64,000 nucleotides of DNA from Octopus sinensis. Lineage: Eukaryota. The position numbers were made by a program, and so were the translations under genes. The first letter of the stretch is position 1; every line of letters begins with the position of its first letter. The stretch is taken from the NCBI RefSeq assembly GCF_006345805.1, contig NC_043010.1:52018001-52082000 (forward strand). Direction: 5' to 3'. Shown in pieces: positions 24,158-36,180 of the stretch. Below the pieces are notes generated by a model. That model did not search any database. It saw only the letters and a list, made by a program, of their open reading frames with translations, and was not told the origin of the DNA.

Positions 24158-24998
24158 CGGCAAAAGTAAAGGACGTGTGCAAGGATTAAAAAAAAATTTT
24201 TTAAAGAAATACTTAAATCCCCTTCCCCAACCTCCACCCATCACCTCCGAATGTTTCACTTTTAGCTTTTTAGAAATTGGGTAAATGTTTTCAAAAATAA
24301 TGTCGTTTAGCTGTTGTTTCTAGCATGCCGGGTTTTTTGGTGGCGGTCTACTATTTTTTTACGTCTGCTATTTCAGTAGAATTCTATGCATGCGTGAAAC
24401 ATTAGACAAAAGTGAAACATTCGGAGTTTTATTTTTTTTTGAAAGCGGGGAGGTGATGGGTGGGTGAGGTGGGGAAAGGGCCATTGAGTGTTTCTTAAAG
24501 AAAAATTAAAAGGTCAAATTTCCGAAAGTGTCTGACTCGGACACAAAAATAAAAACAAAAAGAAATAGTGTAATAGGTATAAAACAACTTGCTCTAAACG
24601 AATAAGACAAAAAAAAAAAAAAATGTGCGCTCGCGAAAAGGGTGTGTGGGGGAGAGGACTCGGAAAATTCACATCGTGAATTTCCGAAAGCGTCTGACCC
24701 GGGCATAAAAACAAAAAAAACAAAATAGTGTAATAGGTGTAAAACAATTAAAATTGAAAAAAAAAAAATCCCAGATTCGTAACCTCTTTATTTTTCGACG
24801 TGGATTAAAAAGAAAATTCGAAAAAAAGTTTAAAATTAATAAATTGGGGTGGAGTGGGGGAAATTGGAATTTCGAAAACAGGATTTTTCGGAAAATCGTA
24901 TTCTCCGATATCGAAAACAGAAATCCGAAAAAACTTTTGAAAAAAAAAAATAAATAAATACCGGAAATGGGTCTTGGACACGTCCTTTACCTTCGCCG
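24158..24998. mobile_element. Non-autonomous TIR element upstream of EIPR1
   Basis: 26-bp imperfect TIRs CGGCAAAAGTAAAGGACGTGTGCAAG / CTTGGACACGTCCTTTACCTTCGCCG; internal direct repeat of about 70 bp. Confidence 0.7.
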
Positions 24999-25406
24999 AA
25001 AATCAAATATAATACGTGAAATTATGTGCAACCGATTTATTAAAAAAAAAGATATAAGTATTAGATAATAGAAACCTTTTAATGTTTTTTTCGTGTTACC
25101 TCGTTTTTCGAGTCAAGTCCTGTCTTGGAACCAATTACCGACGTAAGTTGAGGTATGGTGGGTGTGCACGGCACATAACTAAAGAACTGCTAATTTATTT
25201 TTTAGCTTTCTTTAAGTGAAACTATTACTGTTTTCTATCGTATAAAACTTTCCTCGTTTGTTTCGTTTATATTTTCCCTATAATTTTCAAGTGTAATATA
25301 TAATTTGTTTGCGATGCTGTTTTTGCGACAGTCGTCAATGGCTGCTGTGTTTTCTAGCCGACGACACGATATCAAAATTATTTCCAAAAAAAAACAATCG
25401 TGAATC

Positions 25407-25448
25407 ATGGAAGACGAAGCACCTGTCATATATGGACTCGAATTCCCA
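25407..25448 (+). CDS. EIPR1: EARP/GARP-interacting protein 1 (TSSC1), exon 1 (MEDEAPVIYGLEFP)
   Basis: Matches the EIPR1 N-terminus MEDDAPVIYGLEFQ; GTAATA donor at 25449. Confidence 0.92.
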
Positions 25449-26431
25449 GTAATACATTCTAACATTCTCTTTCTGTTCATTCCGTAGTGTTGAAATATGA
25501 TTATTTAATTGACTTTTCTTCAAATGTTTGTCCATCCGTGTTTCTATGTGTATCATTTACTTGTTTTATTTATATTGATTCTCTGTCTCTCTTTTTGACT
25601 TTCTCTCTCTGTTTATGTATCTCTCAATCTCTTACCCAGGCATGGGCACACTACCCAGCTACCCGAGCACCCACGAATTTAGGAACCCAATTCTAAATCC
25701 ACAGATGTTGTGGCTTGTCAATAAATATATATTATAGGGCATAGTGCAGTGATTTTCCACGGGCCCTGTAATACTACTCTGACGGCACTGATCATACCTA
25801 CATGTTTATCTACCTGGATATTTCAAACTATGTGAGCTGCAATGCTAATTGAACATAGCTTTTCTGGGACAACAACAAAGCAGCACCATTTCCTGTATTC
25901 ATTATAAATCCGCCAGTAATAACATTATATATGTATGTGTGTAATAGTCAAAGCCTTATCTTTAGACTAAGTACAACATATCATTGGAAAATGATATGGT
26001 CTATTGTTGCTATTTACTGTCTTGTTGTTTCACCCCGAGTCAACCCTGATGAAGCAGAACTATGATCAAAGGCATTCCAACCGTGATCAACCTGTGTGAA
26101 GGCTGTGTATCTAAACCAAACACGCTTCCTTTTTTTTTAAGACAGAGGGTGTAGTTTCTAACAGTTTAGATGACCGTGAAGATAAAAAAAAACTCCGATA
26201 AATTATGGTGTTTACTAGCTGTTGATGTTACTTCGTGCAGAATAGTCTCGCTTTGCATAAACAGTCTATAATTCACTTCATTTCTTGCATTATCAGTTTG
26301 AAACTGCTTTATTTCGTATTGAAAACAACGGTTGTCAGCCCCAGAGTCTACAGTTCATATTTTATCACCAGTACTGCCTGGTTATCATTTTAACTTTTAG
26401 TGGTTCGATCCGCTTAACAGTAATCAAGTTC

Positions 26432-26433
<2 letters not shown>

Positions 26434-26464
<31 letters not shown>

Positions 26465-28785
26465 TGTGTACAGTGCTCAGGTGCACTACAACTCATCTAA
26501 AGTGTATATATAATCAGGTGTAGTTTCGGCGGATTTCGGAAAGCATGAGGGCCTTAAAAGATGCAGTGTCATGGCAGTCAACAACTGACGCAGGCAGTTT
26601 ATTCCATGCTTCAGCAACTCTGAGCGTGAAAAAATGTTTCCGAAAGTCATGGGAGCTGTATTGTTTTCTGACTTTGTAGGCATGTCCACGTGTGTTAGAC
26701 ACATGGAGATCAAAAAGGTGTTCAGTGTTGTTGTTGGTGAGGTGGTTGATAACTTTGTGGGTGTTTACCAAGTCCGTCGCCAAACGCCGGAGCTTCAGTG
26801 AATCCATGCCCAGGGAAACAAGGCGCTCAGAATATGGTAGGTGTCTGATGGAGGGTATGCGTTTGGTTGCACGTCTCTGGACAGATTCCAGGAGGTCAAT
26901 GTTCTGTGCAAGATAGGGGTTCCAAACTGATGATGCGAATTCCAAGTGTGGTCGTACCATAGCTGTATACAGTTTTAAATAGATGGCTGGAGAGCGGCTA
27001 ACAAAAGACCTGCTGAGTGATGCCAAGACACCCTCGGCCTTCCTGACAATCTTAGAGATATGCTTTGACCAACGCAAATCACTGCTGACAGTGATGCCTA
27101 GGTCACGCTCGCAAGAGGATTTCTTGATATCAGTGTTGTGGAGGGAGTAAGTGAACGCGGGGTTTTTTCTCCCAAAATGCATGGTGGTACACTTGTCCAC
27201 AGCCAGTTTCAGTTGCCAGTCTGTGATCCATTGCTGCATTGTGTCTAGGTCTGATTGCAGGAAAGAGTTGTAGACATCAGGATCTGTCCTCTTGATTTCA
27301 AGGTACAGCTTGATGTCGTCTGCATATTTCAATACTGTGGCATTCTTTAAATTGGCATCTATGTCGTTAATGTATGCCACAAACAAGAGGGGACCAAGGA
27401 CAGATCCCTGTGGTACACCCGATGACATCTCATATGGTGTAGAGTGCTGTCCTAGAACTGTGACTACCTCCTTTCGGCTGAGGATGAAGGATTTCAACCA
27501 GTTAAAAAGGTCATCCCCCACACCCATTGCAGAGAGTTTCACCATAAGCCTTTTGTGTGGCACAGAGTTGAAAGCCTTAGCAAAGTCAAGGTAGACAACA
27601 TCCACCCATGAGCCACTGTCAGTAATCTGAGTAATGTCCTCAAGGAACTCGACAAGCTGGTCACTGCAGCTGGAGTTAGGGACAAATCCATATTGTGAGG
27701 GTCGGATGAGACTGTGAGAGCTCCAGAAGTTCCAGAGTGTTTCTCTGACACACGATTCCATCAGTTTTGCAATACAGCTAGTGAGACTGACTGGGCGATA
27801 GTTGACAGGTGATGTGCGGTCGCCCTTTTTGAACAGAGGAATGACACTGGCAGTTTTCCACTGCTCCGGAGTAGCACCATTGTTGAGACAGTACTGGAAG
27901 AAAATAGAAAGCTGGTGTAAAAGGAAGTGCCTGCCACGTTTGAGAAGCAGGTATGTAACTCCATCGAGACCAGGGGAGGCATAGTTGCGCTTATTTTGAA
28001 GGTGACGTCGCAGCATTGCAGGTGTAAATTCCATAGTTGTTATGGAGTTTGCTGTTAGTGATGGTGAAGATGGTACATTTTGACTTTCAACAGTGAATAT
28101 GTTTGCATAGCACTCGGCAATGAGTTCTGCGCATTCCTTGGGGTCGTCAGTGATCTGGTTTGTGTGAGGGTTGCGAAGAGGGCCCACTGGAGAGTGAGGT
28201 CTCTGCTTTGAGTGCACATATTTCCAGAAAACCTTGCTGTCAGGATTGGCTGCTATGCACTGTTCAAATTCAAGCACTGCTTTTTTTGTCACTTGCTTGA
28301 GATGGTTGGAGGATTTATTCCGCTTCTTCCTGTTGGTGTCTGATTTATGCAACCTGTATTCCCGTTCAGCAGTCCGACGTTCCCTCCTGGCAAGTCGGAC
28401 CGCTGAAGTTTCCCAAATTGCCCTTTTGGGGCGGTTCTTCTTTTTTTGTTTACGTGGCACTGATGCTGCACATGCTGCCCATATTGAGTCCAGGATACTC
28501 TGGAGTATAGTATTCACATCTCCAGAGTTGTAGAATTCACGCCAGTTTGGGTGCTGTAGTTCAGTGTGGTACAGGTTCCAATCTGCTCTCTTCCAATCGA
28601 AGGAAGCAGATTGGAGATAATTCAGGTTTTTGTTGCCCGCAAGAGCCAGATTGGCGATGATCATAGCATGATCAGAGTCACCTAGAGGTTCCTCCGTAGT
28701 GCAATTGATAACCGCTTCAGGAGTTGTGGTGAAGAGCAGGTCCAAGGTGTTGTCGCCTCTTGTTGGAGAGGTGACTACTTGTGAC
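26434..28785 (-). mobile_element. 5'-truncated CR1/L2-group LINE in EIPR1 intron 1
   Basis: End of APE domain (PTRGDNTLDL), RT ORF, short 3' UTR and (ATT)n tail. Confidence 0.9.
26514..28745 (-). CDS. LINE ORF2 reverse transcriptase (uninterrupted, N-terminally truncated)
   Basis: NYRPVSLTS, QYGF, YLDFAKAF, GVPQGSVLGP, YADD; C-terminal RGH..K and FF..RV...WN.LP typical of the CR1/L2 group. Confidence 0.92.
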   Translation of the reverse strand: MDLLFTTTPEAVINCTTEEPLGDSDHAMIIANLALAGNKNLNYLQSASFDWKRADWNLYHTELQHPNWREFYNSGDVNTILQSILDSIWAACAASVPRKQKKKNRPKRAIWETSAVRLARRERRTAEREYRLHKSDTNRKKRNKSSNHLKQVTKKAVLEFEQCIAANPDSKVFWKYVHSKQRPHSPVGPLRNPHTNQITDDPKECAELIAECYANIFTVESQNVPSSPSLTANSITTMEFTPAMLRRHLQNKRNYASPGLDGVTYLLLKRGRHFLLHQLSIFFQYCLNNGATPEQWKTASVIPLFKKGDRTSPVNYRPVSLTSCIAKLMESCVRETLWNFWSSHSLIRPSQYGFVPNSSCSDQLVEFLEDITQITDSGSWVDVVYLDFAKAFNSVPHKRLMVKLSAMGVGDDLFNWLKSFILSRKEVVTVLGQHSTPYEMSSGVPQGSVLGPLLFVAYINDIDANLKNATVLKYADDIKLYLEIKRTDPDVYNSFLQSDLDTMQQWITDWQLKLAVDKCTTMHFGRKNPAFTYSLHNTDIKKSSCERDLGITVSSDLRWSKHISKIVRKAEGVLASLSRSFVSRSPAIYLKLYTAMVRPHLEFASSVWNPYLAQNIDLLESVQRRATKRIPSIRHLPYSERLVSLGMDSLKLRRLATDLVNTHKVINHLTNNNTEHLFDLHVSNTRGHAYKVRKQYSSHDFRKHFFTLRVAEAWNKLPASVVDCHDTASFKALMLSEIRRNYT

Positions 28786-28944
28786 CAGTTTGAGTCCTAT
28801 AAGCAGATACAGCACTGTGCTATGTTACCTGTGTAATAACAAAGGATTTCGGTTCCTCCTTCCTCTACCACCATCTAAGTTTTCATACAAAAGTGCTGGA
28901 CACTCAAAGTATACTAATGAGTTAAGATTAAAAAATTTTTTTTT

Positions 28945-29150
28945 AACTGTAAAACGAACCTGATGTGGTGTGCTATCATGGACATGTGAGTGCTTAGAGG
29001 ATGACTACTGCATAGAAAAGTGCTGAGCACTCCAAGTCAGTGTAACCTGGGGGAGAGGGAGTCTAAAGGAAATTTGAGATGAACTGGTGAGGGCTGACCC
29101 AAAGTCTCTGTATCTCACAGAGGAGATGACAATGAACTGTACTCACAATA
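28945..29150 (+). mobile_element. Decayed RTE 3' fragment
   Basis: Similar to 5570-5740; YHGHV-like motif. Confidence 0.45.
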
Positions 29151-29264
29151 TATGGGACTACAACAGACCTTCCCATCCATGAAAAAACATACCATAACAT
29201 GAGGGTAGTAATCAATATACTGTAACACGCACACGTATATATATATATGCTGCTCTCCACAATT

Positions 29265-29475
29265 CTTTTATTCGTTTCAGTAATTTTGACTGCGGCCATG
29301 CTGGAGCACCGCCTTTAGTCGAGTAAATTGACCCCAGGACTTATTCTTTGTAAGCCTAGTACTTATTCTATCAGTCTCTTTTGCCGAACCGCTAAGTTAC
29401 GGGGGACGTAAACACACCAGCATCGATGTTAAGCGATGTTGGGAAGCACACACACAAACATATACACACTCATAC

Positions 29476-29543
<68 letters not shown>

Positions 29544-29710
29544 CACGACAGGCTTCTTTCAGTTTCCATCTACCAAATCCACTCACAAGGCTTTGGTTGG
29601 CCTGAGGCTATAGTAGAAGACACTTGCCCAAGGTGCCACGCAGTGGGACTGAACCCAGAACCAAGTGGTTCGGAAGCAAGCTACTTACCACACAGACACT
29701 CCTGCGCCTA
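29265..29710 (-). mobile_element. SINE family A
   Basis: Homology to 7030-7416. Confidence 0.82.
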
Positions 29711-30344
29711 TATGCACCTTCATGCCTCATCATCTTACATTTTGTCCTCCAAGGCTCATATCTCTTCGTCATTCACAAGACACTTTCTTCCAGGTTACCT
29801 CTTACCTCTATCTCACGTCTGCCCTTATATTTATATCTCTAGGATGCCATCTGGCCTTTCTTTCTCTTGCTCTATCCATCCCTGTTCTTCCTTACCCTTC
29901 TCTCTCTCCACTGCCATTCCATCTGGGATGTTTTCTCTTACTTCTTGTACTCTCCAATATTTCTTTCTTCCCCACCACCTTTTTCCTCCTTTAAACTATT
30001 GTTGTTACTATTTATTAGTTGTTAGTTGGAGCAGACATCAACTATAAACTGTGCTTCTTGTATGATCTTAGTGTATGCTTAATTCCAGAGTAGGAGAAGC
30101 AGAGCCCATAACCTTTTCACCCACCAAACCATTGACTTGTGAAACTAATGTGGTCAATGCACATATTGAATTTCTCCAACCAGTGATTGCAGGTAAAGTA
30201 TGGGTGAGGAGGGAACTAGAGTGGTGATCTGGTCCAGATGCTTGCAACACAGTAAACACTGCTAAAAGCATCCAAGCATCAGGTGGAGGTGCTAAACATA
30301 GACAGTAGATTGGGCCTACCACCTGTTGATGATGATCAAATAAA

Positions 30345-30690
30345 AAAGACCTTGTTTTTGTCAAGAATGACCATGAAATTGCACCTAGAAAGTTCTCCTC
30401 TGAGGCACAAATCTGGGCAAGGTTGTTTATGGAAGACCAGCAGTTGTCTGTGCATATCAGCCTCCTACTCTCCATGTCATTGATGTTATCCAAGGGAAAG
30501 TCAAAGGCCGATACAGCTTGGCACCAGTGATGCTGCAGTTCATTTCTACAGCTGAATTAACTGGAGCAATGTGAAATAGAGTGTCTTGCTCAAGAACACA
30601 ATACACAGCAGAGCCTGGTCCAGGAATCAAACTCACTACCTCATGACTGTGAGCCCAATGCTTTAACCATTGGGCCATGTGTCTTCACCC
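30345..30690 (-). mobile_element. SINE family C
   Basis: Homology to 3044-3367. Confidence 0.78.
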
Positions 30691-30761
30691 ATATATGATC
30701 AAATATACAGCCATGTATTATTTCTTGTGGACCCTCAACACTACTGTTATTTATCTTTCAG

Positions 30762-30845
30762 GCTCGGGCCCTAACTGCGCAAGTGGGTGACACAGAAAAC
30801 ATACGCTTTCTCGTTGGAACACAAAGTCTACGAGCTGAAAACCAA
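30762..30845 (+). CDS. EIPR1: EIPR1 exon 2 ([28 protein letters not shown])
   Basis: TTTCAG acceptor, GTGAGT donor, conserved RFLVGTQSL motif. Confidence 0.93.
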
Positions 30846-31020
30846 GTGAGTACCCTTCATTTGGCTGCATGCTTCTTTCCTTTATACTGGTTTGTGTTGT
30901 ATTCGTTTTTTTCAGGTTTATTGCTGTATAAAAGATACAAGTGATTAATATTATTACAATAGTGCTGTCCTAAAATAACTCTCACTATACTTTGTTTTCT
31001 CTCTCGTTTTTCTCTTCTAG

Positions 31021-31153
31021 GTCCATCATATTCATTTTGATGATGAATACAATTCAATCAACAAAAATGTATTCCTGCACCAAGAGGGAGAAATCTGGTA
31101 CATCAGTGCATCGACATTGGATAAAGATATTCTTGCCACTTGTTACAACAAAC
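31021..31153 (+). CDS. EIPR1: EIPR1 exon 3 ([31 protein letters not shown]...CYNK)
   Basis: TTCTAG acceptor, GTAAGT donor, GEIW and TCYN motifs, phase consistent. Confidence 0.93.
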
Positions 31154-31504
31154 GTAAGTCTAATTTCATTCAATTTAGTATCAGGGAGAGACAGAGAGAG
31201 AAAAAAAAATAAAGGAAAGGAAATAAGGGAAAGGAAATATGGAATTCAGATACTTTTGGACATTAAGATTCCTATTCTTTTATTCTTTTATTATGTTTCA
31301 GTCATCTGACTGTGGCCATGCTGGAACACCACCTTTAGTCGAGCAATTCAACCCCAGGACTTATTCTTTGTAAGCCTGGTATTTATTCTATCGGTCTCTT
31401 TGACCACACCACTAAGTTATGGGGATGTAAACACACCAACAATGGTTGTCAAGCAATGGTGGGGAAGACAAACACACACACACACACACACATACATACA
31501 TATG

Positions 31505-31840
31505 AATAGTCAAGAAGGACAGCAAAAGAAAATAGCTATATCCTCTTAAACATGAAATAGGCCTGACTATGGAAAATGATGAAGGTGAAGATAATGCGAA
31601 TTATTGTTGGGTCCTTGGGGACAGCGTCAGAAGGCATCAAGAGAAATATAAAGGAAACTAGGGTAGAGTGTCCAGTAGAACTGTTTGAAAAGGTTTGCTT
31701 CCTTGGCATGGTCAGAATAATCAGGAAAGTTCTAGATAGTTGAAAAGAACAGATACCATAGGCTGGAGGTAGCAATCCTGCTATGCATGCAAGGCTCCAG
31801 GAGTTCCAACAAAACCTGAATTAAAAATAATAACAATGAT
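31505..31840 (+). mobile_element. R4/Dong-type (RLE) non-LTR retrotransposon 3' fragment
   Basis: Y..LKHEI..LWKMMKVKI..IIVGSLG.V...EKVCFLG..RIIRKVL with frameshift, TAA-rich tail. Confidence 0.65.
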
Positions 31841-32345
31841 AATCCTTTCTACTATTGGTACAAGGCCTGAAATTTTGGTGGAGGGGGGAGGCTAGTCGAT
31901 TATATTGACCCCAGTACTCAACTGGTACTTATTTCATTAACCCCATAAGATTGAAAAGCAAAGCCGACCTCAGCAAAATTTGAACTCCGAAGAAATCCCA
32001 AAGCATTTTGTCTGCTGTGCTAAGAATTCAATTCTGACAGTTTGCTGCCTCATCATCATCATCATCATCATCATCATTTAGCGTCTGCTTTCCATGCTAG
32101 CATGGGTTGGACGGTTCAACTGGGGTCTGGGAAGCCAGAAGGCTGCATCAGGCCCTGTCTGATCTGGCAGTGTTTCTACGGCTGGATGCCCTTTCCTAAC
32201 GCCATCCACTCCATGAGTGTAGTGGGTGCTTTTTACGTGCCACCCGCACAGGTGCCAGACGGGGCTGGCAAACGGCCTAAATAATAATAATGATGATAAA
32301 ATAATAATTTTGACCTTAATAATAATATTTCATTTGTATTTTTAG

Positions 32346-32493
32346 ATGTTGACTCAAAGATTGAAGTCCAGGCTGCTTTATGGAGGCTACCAACCAATTT
32401 AAATGACAATTTTACTGAGGAACCCTCTAACAGCCATCGACCACTTAAATTATTGTGTCCTCTTGACTTTTCTGAATATGGTGAAATCAAGTG
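32346..32493 (+). CDS. EIPR1: EIPR1 exon 4 (VDSKIEVQAALWRLP...LKLLCPLD)
   Basis: TTTTAG acceptor, GTAAGC donor, AAxWRxP motif, phase 1 to 2. Confidence 0.9.
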
Positions 32494-32671
32494 GTAAGCT
32501 GACATTTTCATCATCTAACAGTGCAAATAGCTATGTTGTTAGTTATAAAACACTTCGACTATCATCACTGTCATCATTGTCATCATCATTTAACATCCAT
32601 ATTTCTATGGTTGCACAGGTCAGGTGGAATTTGTTGATGCAGATGTTTTTTTTTCAGCCAGATGTGCTAGT

Positions 32672-33022
32672 AGGGTGAAAATCCGAGTGTGATCGTTGCC
32701 AGAGCAACCAACTGGCTTCTGTACCCATGGCACGTAAAAGGGCACCATTCGAGCGTGATTGTTACCAATGTTGCTTCACTGGCACGTGTAAAATGATTCA
32801 AGCGAGGTCGTTGCCAGTACCGCTTGACTGACCCCTGTGCCGCTGGCACGTAAAAAGCGCCCACTACACTTTTGGAGTGGTTGGTGTTAGGAAGGGCATC
32901 CAGCTGTAGAAACTCTGCCAGATCAAGATTGGAGCCTGGTGCAGCCATCTGGTTCGCCAGCCCTCAGTCAAAATCGTCCAACCCATGCTAGCATGGAAAG
33001 CGGACGTTAAACAATGATGATG
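32672..33022 (+). mobile_element. Family D retroposon with (GAT)n tail; further copies near 620-815, 6120-6282, 8030-8200, 21215-21418, 32050-32275(-), 40185-40370(-), 59708-59852
   Basis: GGTTGGYGTTAGGAAGGGCATCCAGCTGTAGAAA...CAACCCATGCTAGCATGGAAA...(GAT)n. Confidence 0.8.
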
Positions 33023-33216
33023 GTGCCCTTCTTGTCACTAACTTTTACCTATTTCCAGACAATTCTCCAAAGGTAGACATGTTTTTCACGGAAGATTGGA
33101 AGTAAACAACATGGCTTGTATGACAGTGAGGCTCACTTACAACTATCATGTGATGTCATAAACACAAACACACACAATCACACTTACATATATATATATA
33201 TATACACACGGATGCA

Positions 33217-33249
<33 letters not shown>

Positions 33250-33250
<1 letters not shown>

Positions 33251-33478
33251 TTCTTTACTGCTCACAAGGGCCTACATACAGAGGGGACAAACAAGGACAG
33301 ACAAATGGATTAAGTCGATTATATCGACCCCAGTGCATAACTGGTACTTATTTAATCGACCCTGAACGGATGAAGGCAAAGGTGACCTCAGCGGGATTTT
33401 AACCCAGAACGTAGTGGCTGATGAAATACGGCTAAGCATTTCGCCTGGCGTGCTAACGTTTCTGCCAGCTCACTGCCT
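33250..33478 (-). mobile_element. SINE family B
   Basis: Homology to 20853-21081. Confidence 0.8.
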
Positions 33479-33484
33479 TAATAT

Positions 33485-33685
33485 ATATATGTGTACTGCA
33501 TGTGTACCGTTGGCGATTTTTTTTCCTCTGTCTTCCCTTCTCTGGATCTTTCCTTCTCCTATGTTTCCAACGAAGAGCTCCGCTCAAAACGTTAAACCCT
33601 CCTTCTTTCCTGAGCGTCCAATAATACTATATTTGTTCCACGTCCTCGTGTTGTGTTTTTTTGTGCTTTCATGTTTGGATTAACT
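33485..33685 (+). mobile_element. Penelope-like LTR remnant with decayed hammerhead, embedded in (TA)n
   Basis: GTTT-CCAACGA-AGAG CTCCG CTC-AAAAC GTT-AAAC at about 33563-33597. Confidence 0.35.
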
Positions 33686-34223
33686 ATATATATATATATA
33701 TATATATATGGATACACACACACACATACACACACGTGTGTGTGTGTATGTACAGTTATGTGATATCAAGACAAGGAGACACATAAACACTCACTCATTT
33801 GCACGCACATACACACACTGACATACATACATACAGTGAACTTCTTTCAGTTTCTGTCTACCAAATCCACTTACAGGGTTTTGGTCAGCCCAGAGCTGTA
33901 GTGAAAAGCATTTACCCAAGGTGCAATGCAGTGGAACTGAACCCAGAATTGTGGTTAGAAAGCAAACTTCTTAATTCATACCAGCATGGAAAACAGATGT
34001 TAAATAATGACGATGAGGCAGAGGATGACAGACGTATCTGTGTTTCCACATGTTTGTGCTTCTATATTCTATATGCATTTCTATGATCCACTATAAAAAG
34101 AAAACTTGGCACTCTGTCACTTATAACAACAAGTGTTCTAGTTGATCTGATCAACAGAACAGCCTGCTAGTAAAATTAATGTGCAAGTAGCTGAGCACTC
34201 CACAGACATATGTACCCTTAACT

Positions 34224-34455
34224 AGGGTGGCGAGCTGGCAGAATCGTTAGCACACCAGGCGAAATATTTAGCGGTATTTTGTCTGCCGTTACGTTCTGAG
34301 TTCAAATCCCACCGAGGTCGACTTTGCCTTTCATCTTTTCGGGGTCGATTAAATAAGTACCAGTTATGCACTGGGGTCGATGTAATTGACTTCATCCCTT
34401 TGTCTGTTCTTGTTTGTCCCCTCTATGTTTAGCCCTCTGTGGGCAATAAATAACT
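34224..34455 (+). mobile_element. SINE family B with 16-bp TSD
   Basis: TSD ATATGTACCCTTAACT at 34208-34223 and 34456-34471. Confidence 0.88.
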
Positions 34456-34859
34456 ATATGTACCCTTAACTCATTAGTGCCCAAATTTTGATTTATTACC
34501 AAAGATCTTTTTTATACAACTTTGTCTGATACTCTTTACTCTACTCTTTTACTCTATTACTTGTTTCAGTCATTTGACTGCGGCCATGCTGGAGCACCGC
34601 CTTTAGTCAAGCAAATCGACCCCAGGACTTTTCTTTGTAAGCTTAGTACTTATTCTATCAGTGTATTTCTCAAGGACACGACATGCCACCAGGAATTGAA
34701 CTCACAACCCCATGATCATGAACCGAATCCTCTAATCACTAAACCATGCACCTTCACATCCTCCTCATCTGTTTCTATACAGCATATATTTATTTATATT
34801 TCCTCCGTGTATTTCTAATCCTCCCTAACCACTTAAGTGTTCATATCTTCTGTAGAGTG

Positions 34860-35170
34860 AAGGTGCATGGCTCAGTGGTTAGAACGTCAGGCTTACAATC
34901 ACGAGGTAGTAAGTTCGATTCCCAGACTGGGCTGTGTGTTGTGTTCTTGAGCAAGATACTTTATCTCACATTGTTCCAGTTCACTCAGCTGCAAAAATGA
35001 GTTGCGACACCACTGATACCAAGCTTTGCCTTTCCCTTGGATACCATTGGTGGCATGGAGAGGAGAGGCTAATATACATGGGCGACAGCTGGTCTTCCAG
35101 AAACAATCTTGCCCAGACTTGAACCTCGGAGGGGAACTTCTACATACAATCCAAAAGAGGGTCTTTACCC
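34860..35170 (+). mobile_element. SINE family C
   Basis: Homology to 3044-3367. Confidence 0.78.
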
Positions 35171-35289
35171 TATAGGAAGCCACCTCTATGTATCACAACT
35201 GTCCCAAATACTGTTATATTCACATGGCTTTGAATCTATCAATATCTTACAAGCTGACTTTACATCTGTCATTTTTCATTTTCTTACAG

Positions 35290-35389
35290 TCTACTATGGC
35301 ACCCCACTGGAGAAGAAAATACTCTACTAGGATTAGCTGATAACCATATTCTGCTCTGGGATCTCGATGTGGCCTCTGCTTCTGCAAAG
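35290..35389 (+). CDS. EIPR1: EIPR1 exon 5 (LLWHPTGEENTLLGLADNHILLWDL)
   Basis: TTACAG acceptor, GTGAAC donor, LADNHILLWDL matches vertebrate EIPR1. Confidence 0.92.
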
Positions 35390-35556
35390 GTGAACTTGCA
35401 TTTATTTGTGTTTTCTTATATTTGTTTTGTTGATTACCTGTTTGCTTTTTGATTCTTTCATCATCGCAACTAAAATACACACGATTACCAAATACTAAAT
35501 ATTTTGAGAATTTTGTAATCGGTAAGCAAAAATTTTTTTTTCTAATTAAAACATGC

Positions 35557-35960
35557 ATAGGCGTAGGAGTGGCTGTGTGGTAAGTAGCTTGCTTACTTAC
35601 CACATGGTTCCAAGTTCAGTCCCACTGCGTGGCACCTTGGGCGAGTGTCTTCTACTATAGACTCGGGTCGACCAAAGCCTTATGAGTGAATTCGGTAGAT
35701 GGAAGCTGAAAGAAGCCTGTCGTATATATGTATGTGTATATATATATATATATATATGTGTGTGTACATGTGTGTATATGTTTGCGTGTCTGTGTGTTTG
35801 TCCCCCCAACATCGCTTGACAACCGATGCTGGTGTGTTTACATCCCTGTAACTTAGCAGTTTGGCAAAAGAGACCAATAGAATAAGTACTAGGCTTACAA
35901 AGAATAAGTCCTGGGGTCGATTTGCTCGACTACAGGCGGTGCCCTGGCATGGCCACAGTC
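35557..35960 (+). mobile_element. SINE family A
   Basis: Homology to 7030-7416. Confidence 0.82.
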
Positions 35961-35964
35961 ATGT

Positions 35965-36180
35965 ACCGAATGTAATGAAAAATGCTTTACATTGGAAACC
36001 GGATGGATATAGAAGGAGAGGTAAGCCTAAGAACTCTTGGTGGAGATCAACATAATAGGAACTAGATAAAGGGGGGACATTCATGGCAGAGTATAAATAC
36101 AGAAGCGGAAAATTATGCGACATGGAATTCAACTATAAGTGGCCTATACTCCGCGTTGGAGGATTAAAGACAGGAAAAAA
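35965..36180 (+). mobile_element. RTE-like LINE 3' end fragment
   Basis: ALHWKPDGYRRRGKPKNSW, a W.P.G.RRRGRP-type motif. Confidence 0.65.

Noticed and set aside
26046-26075. CTGATGA motif (also 43152 and 59447 on -)
   Set aside because: No stem II followed by GAAA; these lie inside other repeats
26692-28533. Several + strand ORFs over the LINE
   Set aside because: Antisense shadows of the RT ORF
29436-30047. 203-aa ORF and the many recurring ORFs of the LLSVSIYQIHSQGFG / FQFPSTKSTHKAL type
   Set aside because: Translations of SINE family A and microsatellites
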